64,000 bases of DNA from Candidatus Colwellbacteria bacterium. GTDB lineage: Bacteria; Patescibacteriota; Minisyncoccia; UBA6257; Colwellbacteraceae. Below, piece after piece: positions 9,703-19,489 of the stretch (positions are counted from its first letter, which is position 1; each line of letters starts with the position of its first letter). Both the position numbers and the translations under genes were made by a program. The stretch spans positions 11,646 to 75,645 of the forward strand of contig JAQTUL010000004.1 in assembly GCA_028710275.1 (NCBI GenBank), read 5' to 3'. The notes beneath the pieces were generated by a model that was not told the DNA's origin, ran no database searches, and saw only the letters and a list, made by a program, of their open reading frames with translations.

Positions 9703-10143
9703 ATGGTTAAAGTTGTTGTGTTCGATGGTGTATGGAAAGAGGCAGAACCATTATTCGGACCAAAGACACTTTGGTTATATTCAGACAATGACACTAAGGA
9801 GGGTAAAATGGGACAGGATGTGATACGAGATCATCCGAACACATGTGGTATACCAACAAAAAAACTTCCAACAAAGAGTAAGTCGGCTCGATACGTAGAT
9901 GATGAATATGAAGAGAATAAGAAGAAAATTGTGACCGCGTTCAAGAGAGCGAGAATCATGATCAAAGTAAAGGGGTATGACACCGTAATCTTTCCTATAG
10001 CGGGATTTGGCAGAGATCTGAAGACGGCACCTCAGACATTACTACTACTCAATCAGGAGATGAGAAAATTTGTTGATGAGATGAACAAAGATGAGGTTGA
10101 GAAGAAAGAGAATACCGAGATCGAAGGATGGAATGTAGTGTAG
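9703..10143 (+). CDS. hypothetical protein
   Basis: 146-aa ORF. Confidence 0.4.
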   Translation: MVKVVVFDGVWKEAEPLFGPKTLWLYSDNDTKEGKMGQDVIRDHPNTCGIPTKKLPTKSKSARYVDDEYEENKKKIVTAFKRARIMIKVKGYDTVIFPIAGFGRDLKTAPQTLLLLNQEMRKFVDEMNKDEVEKKENTEIEGWNVV

Positions 10144-10145
10144 AC

Positions 10146-11150
10146 TTATTGAATATAATACATAGGGTCGAACGAATCTAATTTCTTCCCTTCATATGTA
10201 TAGTCTATCAATTTATAGATTGGGGTCGGACACATCTTTGATGCCCCAATCTTCGTTTGAATATCAGAGTATGCTTGTGTAGGATCAAGTTCATACCCCG
10301 AATAATCACAGTTTTTTATAAGTGTCAAAACCTTATCGGATCGATTTTCACTAGAGAGATCTCTTCCTAAAGCATAGATACTCTGAATGATAGAGTATGT
10401 ATCTGCTAGTTTATGGTCGAAGTAGATTGTATAGTTTTTAGAGATATCGTCATATCCCTTGGATTTTTTAGCGATTTCTTTGATAGCTGACGGTTCGTTC
10501 GCGACATTATCTTTTATAGTATGAAATATATCAGTCACACTACTGATATAACAACCACCTAGAGCAGACTTTACAATACTTTTTGCCTTCTTGGATATAT
10601 AGGGGGCCCCAAGAAAGAATTCTATATTATTCTTCGTTCCAATATCAATCTTGATATCACCGATAAAAGATTTTAGCTGATTACCTGTGTATGACGCATC
10701 CTCTGCTATAATACAAAGGGTTTTTTCAGTCTTTGCCAACTGTATCACATCTCTGATATCGGTCAATATGTGTGTAACTTTCTCTTGGAGAATTCCATAG
10801 TACAATAACCCAACCCATACCGGAGATTTTTTAATTGGTTCATTCCATGTCATACCGAGAATAAGAATAACAAAATTCTTAGGTTTATATACTGACACCA
10901 CAGTACGCACATCAGCCGATATTCGTTCTATCTTATCATAGAACTCAGAATACGGAACATATCTGGTGTATTTCCTGAGAAGATCGGCAAAAATTCTTTC
11001 AGACGAATCGTCATCTCCTTGACGGTTTATCCATGTAGTGAAATTATCATTATCCACAGGATGTCGTCCCGATTGTTTTATCGGAAGTTTTTCCTTATTC
11101 TCTTCATAAAAAAGATGAAATTTTTCAAGAGAGATCATTATATAATACAC
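10146..11150 (-). CDS. hypothetical protein with a phosphoribosyltransferase-like motif
   Basis: 'LCIIAEDASYTGNQL' resembles the PRT type I PRPP-binding motif (hhhhDD..TGgT). This is a weak call. Confidence 0.4.
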   Translation of the reverse strand: MYYIMISLEKFHLFYEENKEKLPIKQSGRHPVDNDNFTTWINRQGDDDSSERIFADLLRKYTRYVPYSEFYDKIERISADVRTVVSVYKPKNFVILILGMTWNEPIKKSPVWVGLLYYGILQEKVTHILTDIRDVIQLAKTEKTLCIIAEDASYTGNQLKSFIGDIKIDIGTKNNIEFFLGAPYISKKAKSIVKSALGGCYISSVTDIFHTIKDNVANEPSAIKEIAKKSKGYDDISKNYTIYFDHKLADTYSIIQSIYALGRDLSSENRSDKVLTLIKNCDYSGYELDPTQAYSDIQTKIGASKMCPTPIYKLIDYTYEGKKLDSFDPMYYIQ

Positions 11151-11184
11151 AAATATTAAAGTCTATTCATACACGAATTTCTAA

Positions 11185-11631
11185 ATGGGTGGACCAGCTT
11201 ATATCGATGGAGATGAGGAGAAGTCATTTGACAATTTCTACGTATGTAGATTTTCTTATGGTGGATACGAATGGACGAGTACCGAACATGCTTATCAGGC
11301 AATGAAGTTTATCGATAAGGAACATATTGAAAGAATTAGATCAGAGACTGATGTTGCCGTGGTATATTTTCTCGGTCAGGTGGAATACGTTACTCATACC
11401 GATGAATGGATTAAGGATCATGAAAATGAGAAGATTCGTCTTATGTATGAGATCAACAAGGCTAAGTTTTCACAAAATGATGTCTTGAAGAAGATTCTTC
11501 TCTTTCGTGTTGGAGAGATTGAGTTCAGAGGAAATAGATTTTGGGGAAAGAAGGGAAAGAGAGGTCTTAACTGGGGTGGTAGAATTTTGACCAGAATCCG
11601 AGAAGAACTTCTCTCTATACAAGAGGTGTAA
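11185..11631 (+). CDS. NADAR / YbiA-like (DUF1768) domain protein
   Basis: 'FDNFYVCRFSYGGYEWTSTEHAYQAMKF' matches the NADAR signature (fSNFy...y.s.EhyfQa.Kf). Confidence 0.65.
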   Translation: MGGPAYIDGDEEKSFDNFYVCRFSYGGYEWTSTEHAYQAMKFIDKEHIERIRSETDVAVVYFLGQVEYVTHTDEWIKDHENEKIRLMYEINKAKFSQNDVLKKILLFRVGEIEFRGNRFWGKKGKRGLNWGGRILTRIREELLSIQEV

Positions 11632-11726
11632 CACTTAAAAGAATAGAATACAAAATCTTTAAGGTTCTGTATTCTCCGAGTTTTAAATTTAACAGAAAAA
11701 AATATATGTTCAATCAATAATTGTGA

Positions 11727-12077
11727 ATGAAGAAGTACTACATCGCTATTGCTGTTTTAGTCGTTATTCTCGGATTGATGTATTTCCAATGTTCACCCGG
11801 AGGATCTATGGGAGGTTCCAAGGGTAACGTTGATGTTACCTACTATTTTAATCCCGGATGTCCTCATTGTAGAAACTTCATGCCCGCGTGGAAGGACTTC
11901 GTTTCATCGGGAGGAGCTAACTTTACCGAGATAAATTGTGCTACAAATCCCGAGAGATGTCAAGGTGTGAGAGGAGTTCCTTGGGTTGTTTTCTCTAAGT
12001 CGGGTGGAACTCCTGTTCCGTTTACTGGAAATCGTGATAAGGCGTCACTCCAGGGATTCCTTAACTCAATGAATTAA
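11727..12077 (+). CDS. thioredoxin-fold thiol-disulfide oxidoreductase with an N-terminal signal anchor
   Basis: N-terminal TM helix followed by 'NPGCPHCRNFMPAWKDF' (CxxC active site). A hairpin lies downstream at 12110..12143. Confidence 0.6.
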   Translation: MKKYYIAIAVLVVILGLMYFQCSPGGSMGGSKGNVDVTYYFNPGCPHCRNFMPAWKDFVSSGGANFTEINCATNPERCQGVRGVPWVVFSKSGGTPVPFTGNRDKASLQGFLNSMN

Positions 12078-12152
12078 ATCACACCAACAGTTGAAAACTG
12101 AATTTTACTGTTAGAATACAATTTGAGACACTCGTATTCTAACTCACCGTAA

Positions 12153-13301
12153 ATGGCGAACGTAGAACAAACCAAAAAGATCGACATGGATGTCGAGAAC
12201 GAAGAGGACTTCAAACAGAGGTATCTGGATCTGAAGAGAATTTATGATTCAGAGAAAAAGGTGTTTGAATCTTCTGTGATTGTTGATACGGGTACAGAGA
12301 TCTACGCACCGTCTATTTTCACTAAGAAACCGACCGTCCCTGCACAATCTCCACCCAAGACCATTACCATGCTTAGGTGGAACTACGAAGATGATGATGG
12401 AAGTTGGGCACCAGCAACGCAAAGCTGGAATGATATCGTCACGGCAAAGTATAATGTGAATGACAAGAATGTACAGAAATTTACTGTCACGGTTGGAAAA
12501 TTTAACTATGACATATCTATTTGTGATGACAAAGGATATCAAGTAAACACGCAGACAAACAAGAAGCGAATGATTGAGTGTGAGAGAAGAGAAAAAACAG
12601 AGACACCGACTCTTCCGGTTATCGCGATCAGTCCCACGTATAATGTGGGGATTCCCGGTATCGTGTACGATGAAACCATTTTGAAAGCTTTCAAAATGTC
12701 TGGAGGTCCACCATCGGTTATTCCCATCTCTCAGGGAACTGATGAGTACATGGAGATCGAAGGCCGATTTCTGTATATTGGATACAATAAAAATCCAAGT
12801 ATGATTTCTCGTGGAGCGAGAATTACAGGAATTGATCGAATTCTAAGCCCTAATGTTGCTAAGAAATATCTTCTATCAAAGTCACTCTTATCTAACAAGA
12901 ACGAACGTCTTCTTTTTCATGGATGTAAAGAACCGTCGGTGTTCCAGAGTATTTTTAATGAAGGTCTCGATTTTAGAGAGTCTTCAGTAGGACTTCTTGG
13001 ACAGGGAATCTATATGGGAGATTCCCCCTTTTATCCACACAATGGTGGATTCACAGGATACCCTGATAAGAACGGTGTACGAACGATGTTTGTTGTAGCA
13101 TGTCTTGTTGGGTCAGAACACGATGCAGGAGATGTCTATCATTCCGATTCTACTACTAGATACGCATTTCAGGCCAAGAAAAAACCGGGTTCCAAATTCA
13201 ACTCTATTCGTGCCCAGACAACTGATGAGAATTGTGGAATCTACTGTGTGTACGATAATTCACAGTGTTATGTAACTCACGCGGTCTCTTACATTTTGTA
13301 A
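12153..13301 (+). CDS. WWE domain plus poly/mono(ADP-ribose) polymerase catalytic domain protein
   Basis: WWE-like 'LRWNYEDDDGSWAPATQSWNDIV'. PARP signature 'RLLFHGCKEPSVFQSIFNEGLDFRE...GQGIYMGDSPFY' (compare LLWHGSR...GKGIYFAD). Confidence 0.7.
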   Translation: MANVEQTKKIDMDVENEEDFKQRYLDLKRIYDSEKKVFESSVIVDTGTEIYAPSIFTKKPTVPAQSPPKTITMLRWNYEDDDGSWAPATQSWNDIVTAKYNVNDKNVQKFTVTVGKFNYDISICDDKGYQVNTQTNKKRMIECERREKTETPTLPVIAISPTYNVGIPGIVYDETILKAFKMSGGPPSVIPISQGTDEYMEIEGRFLYIGYNKNPSMISRGARITGIDRILSPNVAKKYLLSKSLLSNKNERLLFHGCKEPSVFQSIFNEGLDFRESSVGLLGQGIYMGDSPFYPHNGGFTGYPDKNGVRTMFVVACLVGSEHDAGDVYHSDSTTRYAFQAKKKPGSKFNSIRAQTTDENCGIYCVYDNSQCYVTHAVSYIL

Positions 13302-13339
13302 TATCCATATGTTTTATATCTTTGTTAGATATAAAACTT

Positions 13340-14236
13340 CTAATTACTATCCTCTTCACTATCCTCTTCATTTATCCATTTACGACAATTGGGACATGCT
13401 TTCACTTTGAGATCTGATAAACAGGCTCTGTGGAATTTGTGTCCACATCGAAGGGTATAATAATTCTTTGTATTCTCCATACAGATTGTACAATATTCAC
13501 TATGTTTTCTGTTCAACATGAGAAGTTCATTGATAAGGCAGTTGTCACATCTATCGTGTTCTTCCGAATAAGAATCAAATTGACGTATAACACCACAATG
13601 TTTACAGAAGATATATTTGTTGATATAATCGAGTATCGTTGAAAAAGATAATTTCAGACTAGGACCTCCAGTCTGAAGAATGAATAATTCATCATTAGGT
13701 GAAGTAATCCCATCAATAGATTTACCGATATAGAATTCCAAAATATATTCTTTTACCTTTGGGTTGTAAATAATTTCATATCCATAGAATTCCAACCCAT
13801 GTATATTCTTTATTTTACAATTTGAAAGTCCATAAGTAGTCATTTCCGTTTTCCCTTCAAATTTTTTACTCCATTTCGTAACAAACAATTCGATGAGCAT
13901 CTCCTTATACTCTATTTCGGCATCAGAAAGACCATAAATCTCTTTGTGTAAAATATTCCCGGAGTCATTAAGTTCCTCATCACTAAGAATTTCAGATGTA
14001 GAGATTGACACTTTCAATTGACGACATATGTTTATATCTAAATTTGTTAATGGTGAAATAGATCCGTCGGGATTCTGTTTTCCAATAACGGTCTTATTCT
14101 CTTTAGAAAAGACAAGATGCGTTTCTAAATGTTCGTAATTACCAAATTCATTCTTCTTTAACATAATACTTGAAGACTCAGACATAGAGATGATACCGGT
14201 CGATTCGTGAAGATCACAAGACTTTTCAGAACTCAT
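13340..14236 (-). CDS. RING-finger protein (putative E3 ubiquitin ligase)
   Basis: C-terminal 'CTICMENTKNYYTLRCGHKFHRACLSDLKVKACPNCRK' RING motif. Confidence 0.65.
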   Translation of the reverse strand: MSSEKSCDLHESTGIISMSESSSIMLKKNEFGNYEHLETHLVFSKENKTVIGKQNPDGSISPLTNLDINICRQLKVSISTSEILSDEELNDSGNILHKEIYGLSDAEIEYKEMLIELFVTKWSKKFEGKTEMTTYGLSNCKIKNIHGLEFYGYEIIYNPKVKEYILEFYIGKSIDGITSPNDELFILQTGGPSLKLSFSTILDYINKYIFCKHCGVIRQFDSYSEEHDRCDNCLINELLMLNRKHSEYCTICMENTKNYYTLRCGHKFHRACLSDLKVKACPNCRKWINEEDSEEDSN

Positions 14237-14265
14237 ATATAGGTTATCTATTATCCAATTAAATA

Positions 14266-14979
14266 CTAATTGACATTTGAAATGTTAGTGAAGAGATTGG
14301 CTATATCGAGAAACAATGCGATAGATTCCAATGGGTAGTTTACATTATCGTTTGTAACATAATTAGACTTCTTTTTCAGTAGTTGAGTATCGTAGAGAAT
14401 AAATCCTGAAAACAGAACGATGGCTATACAACTGTAGATTTTAAATCGAGTGTTTAATCCGCTCACCGACGAATGAAAAATCATGTCACACACCTCCAGT
14501 ACGATAAGCGCGAACAGACCAAATAAGAGATATGACCCCCAAGATATAAAATCACAAGTTGAGAAGGTCGCGAATATGGATAATCCTATCGTCAACACAA
14601 GTGTCGTAACAATGGTACCGTTCAGTGTTCCCTTTTCCTCTGTTTTTTGATACATAGGATACAGTATAACTCCCATTGAGATAACAAAAACAAGCCAGAT
14701 AATATGTCTAGGAACGATATGTTTAAAATATTTTACACCAAACATTGATGCTAAACTTAGAATAAAGATCAAGAGAAGATGTGTACTTGTAAGTGTATAT
14801 TGATACTTGGCCAACTGTAGAACTGTAATACACGCTATAGCTATAGCTAATGAAACGTAGAGATATGTGTTTGATATATACAATGATGGAGTAATCTTTT
14901 TAGAAAGTGAAAAATAGAGATACCCTATAATAGATATTATCAATACAGATATCACTGTTTGTATCTTCGAGACATTCAT
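14266..14979 (-). CDS. multipass membrane protein
   Basis: 237 aa with about 7 hydrophobic helices. Confidence 0.5.
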   Translation of the reverse strand: MNVSKIQTVISVLIISIIGYLYFSLSKKITPSLYISNTYLYVSLAIAIACITVLQLAKYQYTLTSTHLLLIFILSLASMFGVKYFKHIVPRHIIWLVFVISMGVILYPMYQKTEEKGTLNGTIVTTLVLTIGLSIFATFSTCDFISWGSYLLFGLFALIVLEVCDMIFHSSVSGLNTRFKIYSCIAIVLFSGFILYDTQLLKKKSNYVTNDNVNYPLESIALFLDIANLFTNISNVN

Positions 14980-15016
14980 TCGATAATCTATAATAAAGAA
15001 AAAATTTCGTAGTATA

Positions 15017-15316
15017 ATGAGTGGGACGATAGATATTAGAACTGATTTGTGTATTTTAGAAGGAATTTCCGTAGCGACTCTTATAGATATCGATCATATT
15101 GTTATTGGTAACGGAAAGTATCATTTACGAGACGAGAGATTATGTTTTCTTTCATACACCAAAAATGTCACTAAGTTAAGTCTCTTTGATATTAAAGACG
15201 ATGAAATGAGAATGACCATCCCGTGTAACAATCTTTCGTCTGTTAGAATATCAGGTCTCTCTTCATCTGTCGTTACCGATTCTATGGGGAGTTATTTATT
15301 GTTCGATCAAAAATGA
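15017..15316 (+). CDS. hypothetical protein
   Basis: 99-aa ORF. Confidence 0.3.
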   Translation: MSGTIDIRTDLCILEGISVATLIDIDHIVIGNGKYHLRDERLCFLSYTKNVTKLSLFDIKDDEMRMTIPCNNLSSVRISGLSSSVVTDSMGSYLLFDQK

Positions 15317-15358
15317 GTTTGAGCAGAACAGATTAAATCATCACCACAACATTCACAA

Positions 15359-15730
15359 ATGTCGACTGAAAAGCCTACCACAATTGATGTTTACCGAATC
15401 GATACGTTCTCCGGAGAGAACAATGAACACGGAGTCGACCGTTCAGAGAGTTGGATATTGAGACGAGATAGTTTTCATGAGACACTCGAAGATGCAAAAG
15501 ACCATGTTAGAATAAAGAGTCGAATTTTTACTGATCTCCCTCTTTTTCTGGTTGATCTTAAGTCTGATGAAGAGAAGGAGTCTGCTGTTGATGAATTCTG
15601 TTTCACCGATAAGTATCTTAAGTATCAACGCTACTTTGTGATTGAGAAACCGACAGATATTAAGACTGTTGAGTCTAAGATTATCAAGGTTCTTCGATCA
15701 GAGGGTGTAAAGATTGGAAAGGCTCAGTAA
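15359..15730 (+). CDS. hypothetical protein
   Basis: 123-aa ORF with a hairpin downstream at 15747..15773. Confidence 0.4.
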   Translation: MSTEKPTTIDVYRIDTFSGENNEHGVDRSESWILRRDSFHETLEDAKDHVRIKSRIFTDLPLFLVDLKSDEEKESAVDEFCFTDKYLKYQRYFVIEKPTDIKTVESKIIKVLRSEGVKIGKAQ

Positions 15731-15778
15731 AAGTTCAGTCAAATTGTGTTTTATAACGAATAGTTATAAAACAAGGTA

Positions 15779-16399
15779 TTAAATACGCATAGATGTCGCG
15801 AGAGCAATGAAAATCCATCCCATAGTGAGAAGAGGAAGACCCATCGAGAACAATCTATTCTCACCACACTTTCCTTTAAAAATACGAGTTATACCCTTCT
15901 CTCGTTCAATATTGATTTTTGTTGTACTGATGATAATCAATGTGACACCTATAAGAGAGATCATTTTCCGCAGTTTAGAACTATCGGAATCAACAAATGT
16001 TATGTTCTCTGTATTACTCGATCTACTTATAGCATAGATGAAATAGAGCCATCCAACAATAAACATAGTTCCTCCACCGATAATGAGGGCTTTACTGTTC
16101 ATAGTTTCTGATGCTGATCGGCTAATGAGAATCATTGATCCCATGATCAGAGATGATGCGATGAGAGCATTTTTATTAGATCCCGGATTAAACTTTAGAA
16201 CACCTGATACAGGATCTCTTCGAAGGGATAGAGAATACATAAACACAATCCATCCGAAAACTAAAACCGTAGTTCCGATAATGTGCTGGGTTCCAACGTT
16301 CTCCATATGATGTTCCATGTAAACTGTTCCTGTTAGAATACAGGTAATACCAGCCATCGATAGAATGAATTTTCCACTATCTATACACGCGTCACTCAT
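15779..16399 (-). CDS. multipass membrane protein
   Basis: 206 aa with several TM helices, convergent with 15359..15730. Confidence 0.45.
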   Translation of the reverse strand: MSDACIDSGKFILSMAGITCILTGTVYMEHHMENVGTQHIIGTTVLVFGWIVFMYSLSLRRDPVSGVLKFNPGSNKNALIASSLIMGSMILISRSASETMNSKALIIGGGTMFIVGWLYFIYAISRSSNTENITFVDSDSSKLRKMISLIGVTLIIISTTKINIEREKGITRIFKGKCGENRLFSMGLPLLTMGWIFIALATSMRI

Positions 16400-16517
16400 T
16401 TATCAGAGAAAAGATAAAAAGGATTTTCAGAGTTTGAAGGTCAACCGTTTCCGAAACTTGAATCCTTTCAGCGGAGAAGACCCATTTATAATTTAAAGTT
16501 TAATTTTAAATTATAAA

Positions 16518-16907
16518 ATGCCCACATCTTTTATTATTAAGGATATTTCAAAAAATTATGATAAGCATACAACTATATCAATAAATAATAGAATTGTTTT
16601 TAGTATCGATTGTTCGGGGTCTATGTGTTGTAGTGAATCAACTCTTGGTGACCGAATAAATTTATCAACAGTCACTAAAATATTAAACTCTATTATTACT
16701 GATATAGAATACGAGGATGCATATTGTGCTGGTATGACATGGAAAATGCCTATTTATATTGTATTTGAAAAAAATGGATGGCAATTAAAATTAAATAAGA
16801 ACGGTGAAAAAATTACATATCTTATCTCTAAGGTCAAGTATAATAAAAGTATCAAACATACACATAAATTTCTTGTTAATGAACCAAACGTAGTAGAGTC
16901 TATTTAA
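16518..16907 (+). CDS. hypothetical protein
   Basis: 129-aa ORF in a very AT-rich stretch. Confidence 0.3.
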   Translation: MPTSFIIKDISKNYDKHTTISINNRIVFSIDCSGSMCCSESTLGDRINLSTVTKILNSIITDIEYEDAYCAGMTWKMPIYIVFEKNGWQLKLNKNGEKITYLISKVKYNKSIKHTHKFLVNEPNVVESI

Positions 16908-16946
16908 AATCGATATTTGATTTTAAATAATAGTTAATTATAAGAA

Positions 16947-17276
16947 ATGTCCTACGCTACGAGTATTATTTCGGGATTGGAACTTTTTGGTATGGCTTCC
17001 GGAGGCTATATTGGTTATAAGTACGGAAACAGAATAAAGGATATGTGTTGTAAAAAATACCCTATCGCTGAACGTTACAGAAAAGATTATATCGCCGATA
17101 AGTTTAAGAAATCTCAAATATCAGAAGCCACTATGTTCAATATGATCGGATCTTTTGTTGGGGTTTTTGGTGGGTATAAAGCATGGTTTATTGCGATACC
17201 TGTGTTAGCTTATCAGGTAACAGAAGAGTATCCGGAAGAGTATAAAAAGTTAAAAATGTTCTTATCCAAAAAATGA
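16947..17276 (+). CDS. hypothetical small membrane protein
   Basis: 109-aa ORF with Gly-rich hydrophobic segments. Confidence 0.35.
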   Translation: MSYATSIISGLELFGMASGGYIGYKYGNRIKDMCCKKYPIAERYRKDYIADKFKKSQISEATMFNMIGSFVGVFGGYKAWFIAIPVLAYQVTEEYPEEYKKLKMFLSKK

Positions 17277-17316
17277 TTCATGACAAGAATAAATTAATAA
17301 TACACTACAGAACATT

Positions 17317-17535
17317 ATGAGTTCATCGAACGAGTGTATTATCGAAAAGAATAGTGAGACTCTCACACAAACATGTCTAGAATTCTATAGACAGAGTTTA
17401 GTGGTACACTGTGAGGGAAAAACTCCTTGTATCACGAGTATTAAACAGTACGACAAGTGTGTGAGATTGGTTATTAATTGGACTTCACAACAAAAAACGT
17501 CAAAAACAAGGATAAGGACATCTAACACGAGCTAA
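17317..17535 (+). CDS. hypothetical Cys-containing small protein
   Basis: 72-aa ORF. Confidence 0.25.
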   Translation: MSSSNECIIEKNSETLTQTCLEFYRQSLVVHCEGKTPCITSIKQYDKCVRLVINWTSQQKTSKTRIRTSNTS

Positions 17536-17559
17536 ACAGTTAGAGATAAATTGTAAACT

Positions 17560-18561
17560 ATGAACATCGACTTTGTAGAGGAACCGGAGAACGAACTTGT
17601 GAGCAGAAAAAATCTATACATAAATCCCGATTCAGAACTCTCTCTTACTCTATCAAGAGTACAGGACGCTCTCGATTCTAACGGCTTTCCATTAGATCGA
17701 TCCAATTACAAATATGTCAAGGGAAAGCTCTGTAAGTTTCAGATAGAATTGATATCATCTCCAGATCTCGCGCTTCTTACCAAGCGCACTAATAGTCTTA
17801 AGAAGTTGAATATCAATATCAACAAAATGAAATGGGATTTCAGTGAGAGTGGTAGGTCATACTTTATGAAAATAGGAAAAATACAGGATAAAGATCTTCA
17901 TATTGTTGTTGCATCTTTTGAGTCGACACCGACAGAAGATGATCATGAAAAGGTTAAGGATATTCGAGATAAGGCAATCAGAAATGAGACCGACGATGTA
18001 TTGGATATAAATCAAGTTGAAGAGGATGAGGGAGAGATTCTTCTTCCTATGAAGTTGTTGAACGATGTCAATCCAATCCCGAAATCCGAAATCCCACAAC
18101 ATATCAAACCCATCAGACCCTCTATTCAGAGAATATCTCCGGTTGTTAAACCCCCACAACCTATTCGTCAACCACCTGTGCAACCTATTCGTCAACCACC
18201 TGTGCAGGAATCGACTGGTATTATATCGATGAATGATATTCAGACACAACACAATAGGGCAATAGGACGTGCTGGAGTAAGTAATTCGACAATTCGTCCT
18301 GTTGTAAGTGCCCAACAATACACTCAGAATGCGCAGTCAACAACTTCACGGACTATTCCCGCGAGACAAACCACGTTTCTCACCACTCAACCTCAGATAT
18401 CTCGTACTCTTCCCACAGAACGTCCACAATCACAGCGTATTGTAACTGACACAACTCCAGCAGCATCTATGCCGAAACCAAACATTGTCCTATACCAGAA
18501 TCGACAACTTCAAGCACTCTCCGGAAATAAGCCTATTACCTCTTTTAAGATTAGAGAATAA
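17560..18561 (+). CDS. hypothetical P/Q-rich repeat protein
   Basis: 333-aa ORF with 'PIRQPPVQPIRQPPVQ' repeats and an acidic central region. Confidence 0.45.
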   Translation: MNIDFVEEPENELVSRKNLYINPDSELSLTLSRVQDALDSNGFPLDRSNYKYVKGKLCKFQIELISSPDLALLTKRTNSLKKLNININKMKWDFSESGRSYFMKIGKIQDKDLHIVVASFESTPTEDDHEKVKDIRDKAIRNETDDVLDINQVEEDEGEILLPMKLLNDVNPIPKSEIPQHIKPIRPSIQRISPVVKPPQPIRQPPVQPIRQPPVQESTGIISMNDIQTQHNRAIGRAGVSNSTIRPVVSAQQYTQNAQSTTSRTIPARQTTFLTTQPQISRTLPTERPQSQRIVTDTTPAASMPKPNIVLYQNRQLQALSGNKPITSFKIRE

Positions 18562-18619
18562 ATTCTTTACTTTCAGATTTTATACTAATAAGTATAAAAT
18601 CTTTCTATTATTCAACTTC

Positions 18620-18907
18620 ATGTCTATCCCGGTAATTTACACCGATTCGGAGAAGTCTAAGTATTATAGCACAGACGATTATGTAACAATGTCAGATTAT
18701 CATAATTCTTTTCATACTGCTCAGCAGACCTCACAACTCAGAATGGTTATTGCTCCGGGAACAGTGAAATATTTTAATCAGTCTTTTACACCTCAAGCTA
18801 TTCAAGAAATTCAAAATCCAGTATACGCTACACAGGCTAAATTAACTCCTGTAGTGTCTAATGGAAGTGACGACTGTTATGACTATATGTCATACCCGAA
18901 AAAATAA
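18620..18907 (+). CDS. hypothetical small protein (APGxxKYF paralog family)
   Basis: Start taken at the internal ATG (MSIPVIY) because the 18485 start overlaps the previous gene. 'VIAPGTVKYFNQSF' is paralogous to 'SVAPGSDKYFSVAPSF' in 19040..19396. Confidence 0.35.
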   Translation: MSIPVIYTDSEKSKYYSTDDYVTMSDYHNSFHTAQQTSQLRMVIAPGTVKYFNQSFTPQAIQEIQNPVYATQAKLTPVVSNGSDDCYDYMSYPKK

Positions 18908-19039
18908 AGCTCCGATCCGATGAGTCGGACTTGTTCTCAACTTTAAAGCTCCGGTCTAATGAATTAGACTCGTTCTTCCTTTAAAGGTTCTGTGCAGTTT
19001 TTAATAAATTATTTAATTTTATTTTGATAGTGTAAACGG

Positions 19040-19396
19040 ATGTCTACATCAAACTATCAGGATTTTACTTCTTTTGTCAGTGGTAGTGGAAAAGCTGATG
19101 ACTATACGATGCTTCAAAACTACACTGCTACTGGTAACTCCCAGGCAGCGCCACTCCAGTCTGTACTGAAACTTTCAGTTGCTCCTGGTAGCGACAAGTA
19201 TTTCAGTGTCGCTCCGAGTTTCCAATCTCGTCTTGACAACTTTCGTATCGCTCCTCCGGCTATGACTCCTATCGGGCTTACCGATGGAAATGCGTCATCT
19301 TCAAATGCAACTATGCAATCGGTTGAAGGTGGAAACTTCGCTGCAAGCGGTGAGTATGCCCGTCTCGGACAGACCTATAAGCTCAATCCCAACTAA
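19040..19396 (+). CDS. hypothetical S/A-rich protein (APGxxKYF paralog family)
   Basis: 118-aa ORF sharing a motif with 18620..18907. Confidence 0.4.
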   Translation: MSTSNYQDFTSFVSGSGKADDYTMLQNYTATGNSQAAPLQSVLKLSVAPGSDKYFSVAPSFQSRLDNFRIAPPAMTPIGLTDGNASSSNATMQSVEGGNFAASGEYARLGQTYKLNPN

Positions 19397-19489
19397 GAAA
19401 ATTCGCTATTTATCAACCGTCAGTTTGATAAATAACTTTATAAATTCAATCAAACAAAAATCTAAAGAGCCTTATTTTTATACAATTCA

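Noticed and set aside
18485-18907. The long version of the ORF starting at 18485.
   Set aside because: It overlaps the 3' end of 17560..18561 by 77 nt in another frame. The internal ATG at 18620 gives a non-overlapping gene.
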